Shown here: positions 27,248 to 37,045 of the stretch, piece after piece
Layout of the letters: each line of letters begins with the position of its first letter
How positions within the stretch are numbered: the first letter of the stretch is position 1
Origin: Myxococcota bacterium
GTDB taxonomy: Bacteria > Myxococcota_A > UBA9160 > SZUA-336
Direction: 5' to 3'
Assembly: GCA_965247115.1 (NCBI GenBank)
Contig: CBDFGR010000002.1
Coordinates: 448,001-512,000, forward strand
DNA: 64,000 nt
Notes under the pieces: model-generated
The model's input: the letters and a program-made list of their open reading frames with translations, nothing else
Databases searched by the model: none
What the model was told of the DNA's origin: nothing
Program-made: the position numbers and the translations under genes

Positions 27248-29473
27248 CTACCTCCCTCCGGTGCCGAGGGCCGTGATCCTGGACTCGACGTAGCGCCGCG
27301 ACTCCGGGCCGAGGCCTGCGAGTGCCGCGGCGGCCCGGTACGCGAGCAGGGCGCTGCCCGCCGCATCCTCACCCTCCAGCGAGATCCCGAAGCCCATCCA
27401 CCAGGCCGCGTTCTGCGGCTGGGCTCCCAGCACCCGCCGGTACAGATCGGCTGCCAGGCCGTGCTCGCCCATCCTCTGATGCAGCGCCGCGATCAGCGCG
27501 TGATACTCGGGGTCCTGCGACAGCGGCGGCGACGCGCGCCCCAGAATCTCGAGCGCCTCCGCTGGGGTGCCGCGCTGGCTCAGGATCCGAGCCCGGAGCT
27601 TTGCAAAGCCCGGACGGGTGGGCGCCAGCACCATCCCCGTTTCGAGCTCGCCCACGGCCTCGTCGACCCGCCCGAGCCGGATCAACAGGCCCGCCCGAGC
27701 CTCGCGCGCGCGATGGTGATCGGGGTCGCGCTCGAGCAGCTGGCCGAGAGCTTCCGCAGCGGCCACCTCATCCCCATCCCTGGCAAGACGCAGCGCGCGT
27801 CCGTACGCCTGATTCTCCGCTTCGCCCGCCTCCGGCATGTGGCGAGTCTTGCCAAACCGGCCCTTCCGTGAGCGCGCCGACCGGGGAGACTTCGCCTGCC
27901 GGGCCGGTGTGCGGGGCGGTTTCGATTCCGCTCGTGAGCGTCTGGCGCGCTCCGAGCCAGGCGAAGGAGCTGCTGAAACAGGCGCAGCCGTCCGCTGCTC
28001 GACCAGGCGCGCGGGCCGAGATCGGGGGCCGAGCGGATTGACACTCTCCGGTGTCGACTTGCGGGACGTCGGCAGAGGGCGGGCAGCTGGTGGCTCGGTC
28101 GGGGAGTCCTCGGCGAGGGGACTGCGCTTAGAGACCGCGGGGAGCTCAAACGGCGAGTCCTCGACGAGTGACGTCAACGCGTCAGCCAGGAGCCGCTCCC
28201 CGACTTGCGGGGACATCCGCGCTTGCTCTTCGCTCGGGCCCTGCAGGAGACCTCTTCCCAGGGGGACGGCAACGAGCAGAGCCGCGAGCGGGACGGCGGC
28301 CCACTTTGCGACTCGCTGGAAACGCCGCTTCGGCCCCAGGCTTGGCAGCGCGAGTCGTACTGGACGCCGAGATGGGAGGCTCGCATGAATGCGCAGCAGC
28401 GCCCGGCAGCCGGCTTGCCAGAGCGCGGCTCCCGCTCGCGTGAGCTGCCGGGCCGCCGTGTACGAGCCCTGCTGCAGTGCCAGCCTGGCTGGCGCCGTCA
28501 TCGCGATCCGGGTTGCCCCATCGGCTTCCAGCGCCGAGATCCGCACGTGGCGCCGCTGCACCTCGTCGTCCCCGCCCGCGCAGGCTTGCGTCAACGAGCC
28601 ATGGCAGACCACGTTCACGAGTCGGGGCACACCGCCCGTCGCCTCGAGAACCGCGTCGAGGGCACAGCCGCTGAAGAGGGTCGGGTTCTTAGACCCTGCG
28701 TGTGCCAGTCGACCGGAGACGTAGCTCTCCAGCTCTACACGCTCGAGCGTTCCGAGCTCGAACGAATACGTGAGGCGCTGCCCGAGGCTGGAGGCGGGCG
28801 GGACGATGAGCCGGGCGTGCAGCTCCGGGAGTCCGAGCAGCACGATCTGAACGCGGTGGGACGGCTCCGGCTCCAGGTCCGCGAGCAGCTGCAGCGCCTC
28901 CAAGCTGCGGGTGCAAAGGCAGTGGGCATCATCGATCAGGACGACAAGGCGCCGACCCTCCTCGGCCAGATCGAGCACGCGGCGGGAGATGCTGCGAAGC
29001 ACTCGGGTCGGCGCCTCGGTCCGCTCGCTCTGCTGCTGCGCTGCGGAGCCGAGCAGCTCTGCCGCCCGTCCCACGACACCCGCGAGCAGGGACGTGAACG
29101 GCGCTCGCTCGAGCACGGCGCCGAGCAGCCCCGGGAGCGCTCCGGACAGCAGCGGAGGGTCTTGCGCGTTCTCGGACGTCCGGGACTCCTCGATGGCGTC
29201 GCGCAGCGCGCCGAGCAGGTCAGACGAGCCGAGCGACGCACCGGAGAGCTCCAGCACGACAGCCTCGTCAGAGAGCTGCTCCGTCAGCCTGCGGCTGAGG
29301 ACCGTCTTGCCGGTCCCGGCGTCTCCGATGATTGCGACGAGGCTCTCACCGCTGCGAAGAAGGGCCGGCAGCGCGTCCAGAATCTGGCGGCGCACACCCG
29401 TGGCGCAGAAGAACCCGGGCGCCGGAACCAGTCGGAACGGCAGCTCGTTCAGTCCGAAGTGCTGCAGGTACAT
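27248..29473 (-). CDS. mshM: MshM (ExeA-like AAA) fused to MshN-like TPR domain
   Basis: MYLQHFGL, GDAGTGKT, LIDDAH, GVPRLVN; Pro/Ser linker; C-terminal TPRs with WWMGFGISLE. Confidence 0.85.
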   Translation of the reverse strand: MYLQHFGLNELPFRLVPAPGFFCATGVRRQILDALPALLRSGESLVAIIGDAGTGKTVLSRRLTEQLSDEAVVLELSGASLGSSDLLGALRDAIEESRTSENAQDPPLLSGALPGLLGAVLERAPFTSLLAGVVGRAAELLGSAAQQQSERTEAPTRVLRSISRRVLDLAEEGRRLVVLIDDAHCLCTRSLEALQLLADLEPEPSHRVQIVLLGLPELHARLIVPPASSLGQRLTYSFELGTLERVELESYVSGRLAHAGSKNPTLFSGCALDAVLEATGGVPRLVNVVCHGSLTQACAGGDDEVQRRHVRISALEADGATRIAMTAPARLALQQGSYTAARQLTRAGAALWQAGCRALLRIHASLPSRRPVRLALPSLGPKRRFQRVAKWAAVPLAALLVAVPLGRGLLQGPSEEQARMSPQVGERLLADALTSLVEDSPFELPAVSKRSPLAEDSPTEPPAARPLPTSRKSTPESVNPLGPRSRPARLVEQRTAAPVSAAPSPGSERARRSRAESKPPRTPARQAKSPRSARSRKGRFGKTRHMPEAGEAENQAYGRALRLARDGDEVAAAEALGQLLERDPDHHRAREARAGLLIRLGRVDEAVGELETGMVLAPTRPGFAKLRARILSQRGTPAEALEILGRASPPLSQDPEYHALIAALHQRMGEHGLAADLYRRVLGAQPQNAAWWMGFGISLEGEDAAGSALLAYRAAAALAGLGPESRRYVESRITALGTGGR

Positions 29474-29487
29474 CGCCTCCTCCCGCC

Positions 29488-31173
29488 TCAGTTCACCGGC
29501 TCGGGCAGTCGAGAGCGCTCCATGCTCTCAACCCGGTCGCGCGTGTCCTCGAGCTGTTGGCGCCAGGTGTCGGGGCCGACCGCGATCGCGCGGAGCAAGA
29601 TGACGAGCTCGTTCTTGCGTTTTACATCTCGCTGGTGACGGAACAGGCTGCCCAGTAGCGGGATCCGATCCAGGCCAGGGGATCCTGCCCACTCCTCGAC
29701 GGTTATTTCCTGCATCAGACCGCCGATCGCGATCACCTGCCCGCTGCGCACCCGAACGACGCTGTCCGACTCGCGAATCGTGCTGAGGGCGAGCGGCAGC
29801 TGCTGCGTCGTGCCCGAGATCGTGATCGTCTTGGTCTGATCGGTGACCTCGCTGATCGACGGATGCACGTGCAGGATGATCTCTCCGTTCTGGCTGATCT
29901 GAGGCGTCACGTCGAGGGCGATCCCCGAGAAAAAGGGTGTCAACTCGATCTCCGGCGTGGTTGTCGTCGCCGTTCCCGTGACAGTGGTACTCGAGACCTC
30001 CGTCACGAAGAACTCGTCCTGGCCCACCTTGATCACGGCCTTCTGGTTGTTGAGCGTCGAGATCCTGGGGCTGGACAGAGTTCGAACGCTTCCCTGCGTC
30101 TCGAGGAGCTCGATGAAGGAGAGAAAGTCGTCAGAGCGGATCGTGATGGAGAACACCCCACCAAACGCGCTGAGCTCGGTTCCTTCCGGCGGTACTGGCG
30201 GGCCCGCGGGGTCGAGCAGCCCAGCGTTCCCCGCGATCCCGGACAACCCACTCGCCAGCGCGGTTCCCCCGCCCGTCTGGGCAGTGAGTACCGTGGTCGA
30301 GTTGCTCAGCTCGTGCAGGTGAGCCCAGTTGATGCCGGACTGGAACCCGTCGGTGAGCGTGACCTCCAGGATCTTCGCCTCCAGAACGACCTGGCGCCGG
30401 AGGTTGACCTGCGCCTGCTCGAGGAAGCTCGCTACTTCGCGAAGCTCCGCAGGCATGGCACGCACCATGATCAGGCTCGCCTGGGGAATTGCCGTGACCG
30501 AGCGCCCTTCATCCTGGCCGATGATACTGGTGAGGCTCGAGGTGATGTCCTGCCAGAAGTTGACACTCCCGGTCGTCGAGATGCGGCTGCCCGTCTCTCC
30601 GGTGGTTTCGCTGACGGTGCCTGAGCTCACCGTCGTCTGCGTCCCGCCCTCCCGGGCAACGTCCAGGTAGTTCACCTCGAAGATCCGCGTCTGAAGGCCA
30701 CCCGGCAACACGTGATAGCCGTAGGACGTCCTGCGGAACTGGTAGCCATAGACGTCGCGCACTGCCTCCATCGCCTCCTGAATGGTGACGTCCTTGAGGG
30801 CAAGCGAGATCTGACCGTCCACCGCGGGATCGATCACCACGTTGTAGGGCGTGTCCTCGACCAGGTTCATGAAGAACTGCCGCGCGTCGGCCTCGTCCAC
30901 AGTCACGTCGTAGCGACGCTCGTCGTCCGGCACCGCACCGGGGCGGCTCAATCGTATTGGCGGCAGGAGCGCCTCGCTGACGGCCTCGGGGAGCGCGCGG
31001 CCGGGCGCCGCGGGTACGCGCGCGGTCTGGTCCAGGCTCTCCTGCATGATGGCGGTTGCCGGGAGCTCTGGCGGCTCGGTCGGCCCGGGCGCGGGGCCAA
31101 GAAACTGGCAGCCACTCGAGAGCGAGACGGTCAGCACCGCCGCGAGCAGGCCTGGTGTGGAGCGCCTACTCAT
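29488..31173 (-). CDS. mshL: MSHA secretin MshL (lipoprotein)
   Basis: SSG-C lipobox; QVVLEAKILEVTL; PFFSGIALDVTPQI; ELVILL. Confidence 0.92.
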   Translation of the reverse strand: MSRRSTPGLLAAVLTVSLSSGCQFLGPAPGPTEPPELPATAIMQESLDQTARVPAAPGRALPEAVSEALLPPIRLSRPGAVPDDERRYDVTVDEADARQFFMNLVEDTPYNVVIDPAVDGQISLALKDVTIQEAMEAVRDVYGYQFRRTSYGYHVLPGGLQTRIFEVNYLDVAREGGTQTTVSSGTVSETTGETGSRISTTGSVNFWQDITSSLTSIIGQDEGRSVTAIPQASLIMVRAMPAELREVASFLEQAQVNLRRQVVLEAKILEVTLTDGFQSGINWAHLHELSNSTTVLTAQTGGGTALASGLSGIAGNAGLLDPAGPPVPPEGTELSAFGGVFSITIRSDDFLSFIELLETQGSVRTLSSPRISTLNNQKAVIKVGQDEFFVTEVSSTTVTGTATTTTPEIELTPFFSGIALDVTPQISQNGEIILHVHPSISEVTDQTKTITISGTTQQLPLALSTIRESDSVVRVRSGQVIAIGGLMQEITVEEWAGSPGLDRIPLLGSLFRHQRDVKRKNELVILLRAIAVGPDTWRQQLEDTRDRVESMERSRLPEPVN

Positions 31174-31897
31174 CGAGAGCCCGCACCGCAGCATCGGAAG
31201 CCGGGACGGCCTCCATCCCCGATTCGACCTCGGTACCCTGCTCGGTCTCGAGACCCGGTTCGGCCACGGCATCGTGGTCGACGTCGAGATCAGACTCTCC
31301 CTGTGCTGACAACTCTCCGGCCGCTGACGACTCTCCGGTGTCAGGCACGGTCTCCGCACCGTCCTCGAGCTCAATGGCGGACTCGAGCTCCACTCCCGGC
31401 TCGACCCCGCCTCCAGGCTCGGCGCCTGTGTCGAGCTGGGCCTCGGCCGTCGGCTCGGCCAAGAGGTCCGAGTCCGCTTTGATACTCGGCCCGAAGCTCG
31501 CGGCAAGCTCCGGCAGCGACCCCGGCTCCACCTTCACGGGGAGGGCGTAGAAGCGGAGCTCGTAGGGACCCGAGATCCCCCTGAGAGTCACCCTCGCGGG
31601 GTCGATCTTGACCACCCTCGCGCCAGCGACGAAGTCACCTTCCTCGACTCTCTGGCCGTCGATCGCCGCAAAGCTCGCGCCGGGCGCGACGACGGTCGTG
31701 GTCAGCCGGTTGGCCGAGGTGGGCGCGCCCTGGCCTCCACCGGAGAGCGTCGGCGCGTCGCCCGTGCCACCCGTGAAGCTCGGGGGGCGTGTCGGATCAC
31801 TCTGGATCGCCACCTTGGGAACAGTGGCGCCGAGCGCAAAGACGCTGGCCATGCTCAGCACGAGCACTGGCGCGCGCCGCTGTCGCGGCTCAGACAC
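31166..31897 (-). CDS. mshK: MshK-like protein with long acidic C-terminal extension
   Basis: DPTRP motif, AAIDGQRVEEGD; position between mshJ and mshL. Confidence 0.75.
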   Translation of the reverse strand: MSEPRQRRAPVLVLSMASVFALGATVPKVAIQSDPTRPPSFTGGTGDAPTLSGGGQGAPTSANRLTTTVVAPGASFAAIDGQRVEEGDFVAGARVVKIDPARVTLRGISGPYELRFYALPVKVEPGSLPELAASFGPSIKADSDLLAEPTAEAQLDTGAEPGGGVEPGVELESAIELEDGAETVPDTGESSAAGELSAQGESDLDVDHDAVAEPGLETEQGTEVESGMEAVPASDAAVRALDE

Positions 31898-32549
31898 CGA
31901 CCACTCCTTCCTGCGTGGAGAGCGACCGGAGCGTGAGCGTGACGCGCGCAGTGGGATATTCGACGACCTCGTAGTCGAGGGTCTCCCAGTAGAAGCGGCG
32001 CGGGAGCTGCTCGATCTCGCGCAGGTACCGCACAGTGCTTGGAAAGTCCCCAAGGACTTCGATGACAACGCCGTGCTTGAAGAGGTCGCCACCCTCCATC
32101 TCGACATCCAGCTCTTCGGGCGTCTCGAACAGCGGCTCGACCGGGAGGTTCTCCAGGCGGACGAGGCGCAGTCCCTCCGTCTTGGTCAGCATCTCCTTCA
32201 GGACCCGCGTCATCTCCGCCGGAGGGATCAGATCCTCCGTCCGCGTGTCCACCACTCCGCGCAGGCGATCGAGCGAGTCGAGCAGGTTGTCCTTGCGCGC
32301 GCGGTTCTCCGCGTCGAGGTCGATGGAAAGCTCGGAGGCGAACTGCTCGGTCTGCCGCTCGAGCTGCTGGATCTCCAGCTCGAGCGACGAGATACGCTTG
32401 TCCGATTCGACGCGTCGTAGCTCGAGCGGCTCCATCAGCGCGGCGTTCCAGAGCATGAGCGGGATTGCCAGAGACGCTGCCGCCAGGATCACCCGCTCCC
32501 GGAGCGAGCGCGCGTTCAGCCAGACGATGAGCTTGTTCAGCTGTCTCAC
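31890..32549 (-). CDS. mshJ: MSHA biogenesis protein MshJ (PilO/GspM-like)
   Basis: SLRER, LIPPAEM, YLREIEQLP.RFYW, YP motifs. Confidence 0.85.
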   Translation of the reverse strand: MRQLNKLIVWLNARSLRERVILAAASLAIPLMLWNAALMEPLELRRVESDKRISSLELEIQQLERQTEQFASELSIDLDAENRARKDNLLDSLDRLRGVVDTRTEDLIPPAEMTRVLKEMLTKTEGLRLVRLENLPVEPLFETPEELDVEMEGGDLFKHGVVIEVLGDFPSTVRYLREIEQLPRRFYWETLDYEVVEYPTARVTLTLRSLSTQEGVVGV

Positions 32550-33205
32550 GGCGCATCCCCCGAGATCTCCTCGAGGAAGGCCTGGAGGAGTGAGGACTTG
32601 GCCGTGTCTTGCGCCGGTTCCGTACTCAGGGCGAAGTTGATCACGGGCGGACCCGACTCCGGAACCTGCATCAGCAACGCCTGGAACTCGCGGCCAACAA
32701 ACGCGGGCTCCGGACCCAGCTCCTCGATGAACTGGGGCACTGCCTCTGGCGAGAGTGCGCTTCCGGCCAGCGACAGGCTGCGACCACCCGCTGTGATCTG
32801 GATGCGCTTGAGCCAGACCGCGTCGACCCGCTGCCTGGCCAGACCGAGCAGGTGCTCCGAGAAGCCCTCGCGATTGGCTAGCCCGTGAGAGGTCAGCGCC
32901 TCGAGCAGGCGGTTCTTGCCCACCACGGTGTGATCGAGGGCAAAGACTTCGGCCGCGAGTGCCGGATCGGGCTCTCGCCTTTCCTTCCGCTTCTTGAGCT
33001 CCGCGAGCAGATTGATCTGGCTCTTCTTGCTGGCCTCGAGGCTGGTCACATGACCTTCGGGCCCCCAGGTCTTCCACAGCGAGTAGCCGTAGATCAACAG
33101 GAGCAGGGCCAGGATGGCTCCGAGGGCGGGCACCAGCGTCTCCGCGAAGAACGGGAGGGCGACGTCGCTGAATTCACCCTGCAGCAGGTTGACTTGCTGG
33201 GTCAT
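32546..33205 (-). CDS. PilN-like MSHA protein (MshI2)
   Basis: QQVNL, GFSEHLLGLARQ, WL..I, L.G, VPQF motifs. Confidence 0.8.
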   Translation of the reverse strand: MTQQVNLLQGEFSDVALPFFAETLVPALGAILALLLLIYGYSLWKTWGPEGHVTSLEASKKSQINLLAELKKRKERREPDPALAAEVFALDHTVVGKNRLLEALTSHGLANREGFSEHLLGLARQRVDAVWLKRIQITAGGRSLSLAGSALSPEAVPQFIEELGPEPAFVGREFQALLMQVPESGPPVINFALSTEPAQDTAKSSLLQAFLEEISGDAP

Positions 33206-34167
33206 AGCATGCCCTCGCGCAGCGCTCCGCCAACGGCGGTCAAGCAGCGGGCCTGCAGGGTCTCGTCCAGAGGCTCGTCACAGCGGACCAGCTGGTTCAG
33301 GTCGAGAGGGCGGACCTCGACGCTGAGCTGGTCCGCCAGATAGTCCGCCAGCATCGGCGCGGGTGTGGCGAGAGGCGCGATGAAGAGCACAGAGATCGGA
33401 TCCTGGCCGAACTGACGCTCGTAGTAATCGACGGAGCGCTGTATCTCCCGGCGCAAGCTCTCGAGGCCATCCCCGTCGCCGACGGGAACCTCTGCACCCG
33501 GCTCCGGCGACTTCTCGTCGAGCAGCTCCAGATCGACGTCGATATTGCGGGCAAGGTACAGGAGACCCTGGCGCGTCACGGTTAGCAGGCCGAGACCCGG
33601 GGTAAGGAACAGCAGGCCCACGCCGTGCTCGTCATGCGGGAGCAGCGCGGCCACGTTGCGGAGCGCGAGCTCCACGACGTCGATCGCCTTGATGCGCAGG
33701 CCGGAGGAATGGATCGCGGCGGCGATCTGGTCCACCTCGCGCTGCGGCGCCGCCGCCACGTAGATGCGGCTGGCTCGATCGGCTGTCGATGACGTGGGCT
33801 CAGGAGTGTCGAAGACATCGATCACCGCGTCCTCGATGTCGAAGTCGACCAGGTCCTTCACGCTCCAGCGCGCCGCATCGCGCAGCTCCTCGGCCTCGAC
33901 CTTCGGCGCATCGATCTGGCGCAGTGTGTACGTGTCGGCCCGGGGCACGCAGATGCAGCGCGAGCGCCCGAGCTTGTGCGCCTTGACGGCCGCCGATAGC
34001 GTCTTCCCGAACGCCTCAGGCTCGTCGTTGGCGAAGAACTCGCCCATCACGAGGCGGGGCCTTTCGCTGCCCTCGCGTGTCAGGTGCACGAGTCCGAAAC
34101 CGTCCGGCGACAGCCCGATCGCCGTAACGCCCCTGCGCCGGCCCGCGCGCCTCAGAAACGAGAGCAA
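33202..34167 (-). CDS. mshI: MSHA biogenesis protein MshI (PilM-like)
   Basis: RWSVKDL, IDVVELALRN, EIQRSVDYYE; TTG start with GGAGG RBS. Confidence 0.85.
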   Translation of the reverse strand: MLSFLRRAGRRRGVTAIGLSPDGFGLVHLTREGSERPRLVMGEFFANDEPEAFGKTLSAAVKAHKLGRSRCICVPRADTYTLRQIDAPKVEAEELRDAARWSVKDLVDFDIEDAVIDVFDTPEPTSSTADRASRIYVAAAPQREVDQIAAAIHSSGLRIKAIDVVELALRNVAALLPHDEHGVGLLFLTPGLGLLTVTRQGLLYLARNIDVDLELLDEKSPEPGAEVPVGDGDGLESLRREIQRSVDYYERQFGQDPISVLFIAPLATPAPMLADYLADQLSVEVRPLDLNQLVRCDEPLDETLQARCLTAVGGALREGML

Positions 34168-34244
34168 ATCACCCCTCCAGCGATGGACCGCAATCACTCG
34201 TGCAAACCAGCACGCATGACTGGACCCAACTCCCTGCACCGGAT

Positions 34245-34272
34245 CATTCGTCTTTCGCAGGCTTGCGCTTGA
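34245..34272 (-). promoter_or_regulatory. sigma28-like promoter of the msh operon
   Basis: TCAAG-N15-GACGAATG on minus strand. Confidence 0.5.
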
Positions 34273-34287
34273 GTTGCGCAGCCCGCG

Positions 34288-34315
34288 TTAAATGGAGGGG
34301 AAGTGGTGCCGATTT
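34288..34315 (+). promoter_or_regulatory. sigma28-like promoter of rrf2-grxD
   Basis: TTAAA-N15-GCCGATTT. Confidence 0.55.
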
Positions 34316-34356
34316 GGAATACTGGACTTCTCGGTACTTTATTCTAGGATCGTCCC

Positions 34357-34818
34357 ATGCGAATTCTCGCGCAGGAGGAGTACGGGCTTCGCTGCATCCT
34401 GCAGCTGGCGCGCCAGAGAGGGTCCGAGCCTCTGACCATCGCGGCGATCGCCGAGGCAGAGGGTCTCAGTCGCGAGTACGCGGGAAAGCTCATGCAGCTC
34501 CTGCGGCGCGCCGGTCTGGTGAGCAGCGCGAGGGGACCCGGAGGGGGCTACCTGCTCGCACGGCCTCCATCAGACATCTCGGTCTGGGAAGTCGTCGAGG
34601 TGCTGGGCGGAGGACTCTTCCCGCGCGACTTCTGCGCCTGCCATCCCGGGCGCGCAGACCACTGCGTCCACGCAAGTGATTGCTCGATCCGCGCCCTCTG
34701 GCACACCGTCGGAGGCGTGGTCCGCAACGTCCTCGAGGAAGTCGCGCTCTCGGACATGGACCGAAGCGAGACGTCGATGACGCTCTGGCTCGAAAACTCC
34801 GTCGCAGAGGGGGCCTGA
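34357..34818 (+). CDS. Rrf2-family transcriptional regulator (IscR/SufR-like)
   Basis: EEYGLRC, SARGPGGGY, Cys cluster. Confidence 0.9.
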   Translation: MRILAQEEYGLRCILQLARQRGSEPLTIAAIAEAEGLSREYAGKLMQLLRRAGLVSSARGPGGGYLLARPPSDISVWEVVEVLGGGLFPRDFCACHPGRADHCVHASDCSIRALWHTVGGVVRNVLEEVALSDMDRSETSMTLWLENSVAEGA

Positions 34819-34851
34819 ACGGCCCCGGCGTGGCGCACCTGGAGGAACCCG

Positions 34852-35172
34852 ATGAGCTCTGACCCCACAACGCAGGAGAAGATCTCCACCCTCGTGAAGT
34901 CCAGCCCCGTGATGCTGTTCATGAAGGGGACGCCGCAGATGCCGCAATGCGGGTTCTCTGCCCAGGTGGTGGCGATCCTCGATCGCCTGGCACCAAGCTA
35001 CGGCACCTTCGACGTGCTGTCGGACCCGGCAGTTCGCGAAGGCATCAAAGAGTTCTCGCGCTGGCCCACGATCCCGCAGCTCTACGTGCGTGGCGAGTTC
35101 GTCGGAGGCTGCGACATCATCACCGAGATGTTCCAGACCGGGGAGCTCGGCAAAACCCTCGCCCAGCCCTGA
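34852..35172 (+). CDS. grxD: Monothiol glutaredoxin Grx4
   Basis: LFMKG, CGFS, WPTIPQ, GGCD. Confidence 0.95.
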   Translation: MSSDPTTQEKISTLVKSSPVMLFMKGTPQMPQCGFSAQVVAILDRLAPSYGTFDVLSDPAVREGIKEFSRWPTIPQLYVRGEFVGGCDIITEMFQTGELGKTLAQP

Positions 35173-35205
35173 GCTCCCGCTCCGGCAGTCGCCCTCCCCG
35201 CCCGC

Positions 35206-35233
35206 TCAAGTCGAGCGCGAAGCGTGCCGACAG
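35206..35233 (+). promoter_or_regulatory. sigma28-like promoter of the GT2 gene
   Basis: TCAAG-N15-GCCGACAG. Confidence 0.55.
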
Positions 35234-35295
35234 CAACGCTGCAGGGGTCCCCCGACCCCGGGTCCGGTTTGCTCATTCGAGCGGAGTGCTGCGGG

Positions 35296-36123
35296 ATGAT
35301 CAAGGGTCAGAAGGTCGTCGTCGTGATGCCGGCGTACAACGCGGAGAGAACCCTCCGCAAGACCTATGCCGAGATCATCGACCAGGGCGTCGTGGATCGT
35401 GTGATCGTGGTCGACGATCAGAGCGGCGACGACACGGTCGCGATCGCTCGAACGCTCGACGGGGTCCGGCTGCACGTCCACCGCGCGAACCGGGGTTACG
35501 GCGCGAACCAGAAAACGTGTTACGCCCTCGCCCTCGAGGAGGGCGCGGACGTCGTCATCATGGTGCATCCAGACTACCAGTACACACCGAAGCTCATCGT
35601 GGCGATGGCGTCCATGATCGCCTGCGGGCTCTACCCGTGTGTCCTGGGCTCACGGATCCTCGGCGGCTACGCGCTGCGCCAGGGTATGCCCGTCTGGAGA
35701 TACGTCGCGAACCGGCTGCTGACGTTCGCCGCCAACCTCGTCCTGGGCGCGAAGCTCTCCGAGTACCACACGGGGTATCGGGCGTTCTCGCGTGAGATTC
35801 TCGAGCAGCTGCCGCTGGAGGCCAACTCCGACGACTTCCTGTTCGACAACCAGATGCTGCTCCAGGTGCTCTGGTTCGGTCACACGATCGGCGAGATCAC
35901 CTGCCCCACGCGCTACGCTGCGGAGTCCTCGTCGATCAACTTTCTGCGCAGCGTCAAGTACGGGCTCGGGTGTCTTGCTATGGCGGTCCAGTTCCGACTC
36001 GCGAGGGCGGGACTGGTGAGGACGCTGCGCTTCCCGAGGTCAGAGGCGTGGCGCTGGCTAGACCGGCTCGGCGGGCTTGTGCGCGATCACGATGAGGGTA
36101 CCCGCGCGCCCGAGCAGACGTAG
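35296..36123 (+). CDS. Glycosyltransferase family 2 (polyprenol-phosphate sugar synthase-like)
   Basis: MPAYNA, VVDD, NRGYG, HPDYQY, GYRAF. Confidence 0.9.
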   Translation: MIKGQKVVVVMPAYNAERTLRKTYAEIIDQGVVDRVIVVDDQSGDDTVAIARTLDGVRLHVHRANRGYGANQKTCYALALEEGADVVIMVHPDYQYTPKLIVAMASMIACGLYPCVLGSRILGGYALRQGMPVWRYVANRLLTFAANLVLGAKLSEYHTGYRAFSREILEQLPLEANSDDFLFDNQMLLQVLWFGHTIGEITCPTRYAAESSSINFLRSVKYGLGCLAMAVQFRLARAGLVRTLRFPRSEAWRWLDRLGGLVRDHDEGTRAPEQT

Positions 36124-37026
36124 CACCGCGCTCACCAGGACCGCGACAGCCCCCAGCGGAAGCAGGGCGAGCATCGCGCACCGGTACAGTGCAGACAGAT
36201 CGCGCCTGTCCTCCTCGCAGTTCCGCAGCACGTCGTACAGGGCGTTGTGGCGCAGGCCGATTCGGTTCAGCGCCGTCTGCAGCAGGCCAAAGGGATCCAT
36301 CTCCCACTGCCCGGTGCGAATCGAGTCGATCACGAAGCCCGACTGGCACAGGAGCGACCGCAGCGTCTGCTCGCTGAACTGGAAGAGGTGACGCGGCAGG
36401 TCCAGGTGGAACCAGTCCTCGCCCCCGAGCCGGGCCTGCAAGGAGGCGTAGTTCGGCACTGCGACGAGCAGAGAGCCGCCCGGCCGCAGAGAACGGAAGC
36501 AAGCAGCAAGCGTGATGTCCGGGCTGCGCAGATGCTCGAGCACGTGCCAGATCGACACCAGGTCGAAGTAGCCGTCCGGGTACTGTCCCACTCGCAGCTC
36601 GCCAAAGTCGGTCGGCACCTCTTGACAGGCATGCGCCGCCATCGTCGCTGACAGCTCGGTGCCGCGAACCCGGTAGCCCCGATCCCGCAGCAGACGCAGG
36701 AACAGACCGCGGCCGCAGCCGACGTCCAGCACGTGGCCGCCAGGCGGCAACAGGCGTTCCGCGAGACGTACGCGCGTCCGCCGTGCGAGGCGGACCGCGA
36801 GCTCGCCGCCCCGACGGAAGCGCCGGCCGGGCTGCCCGTAGGCGCCCCGCTGCGCGCGCTCGAGCTCTTCGTCTGGCGGCAGGAACTTCTGGAGCACGAG
36901 CCCGCAGCCGAGGCACCGCTCCAGGGGAAAGCGCCGCGCCGGACCCACGGCACCAGGGAACTCGTCGACGCTGTCCACCATGTGGCAGATCGGGCAGGCG
37001 AGTCGCTTCTCCGGCTCGTCGTTCAT
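36058..37026 (-). CDS. Class I SAM-dependent methyltransferase with N-terminal zinc ribbon
   Basis: CPIC..CLGC, LDVGCGRG, WHVLEH, PRHL. Confidence 0.9.
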   Translation of the reverse strand: MNDEPEKRLACPICHMVDSVDEFPGAVGPARRFPLERCLGCGLVLQKFLPPDEELERAQRGAYGQPGRRFRRGGELAVRLARRTRVRLAERLLPPGGHVLDVGCGRGLFLRLLRDRGYRVRGTELSATMAAHACQEVPTDFGELRVGQYPDGYFDLVSIWHVLEHLRSPDITLAACFRSLRPGGSLLVAVPNYASLQARLGGEDWFHLDLPRHLFQFSEQTLRSLLCQSGFVIDSIRTGQWEMDPFGLLQTALNRIGLRHNALYDVLRNCEEDRRDLSALYRCAMLALLPLGAVAVLVSAVLRLLGRAGTLIVIAHKPAEPV

Positions 37027-37045
37027 CGCGCGTGCCGACTCCCGC

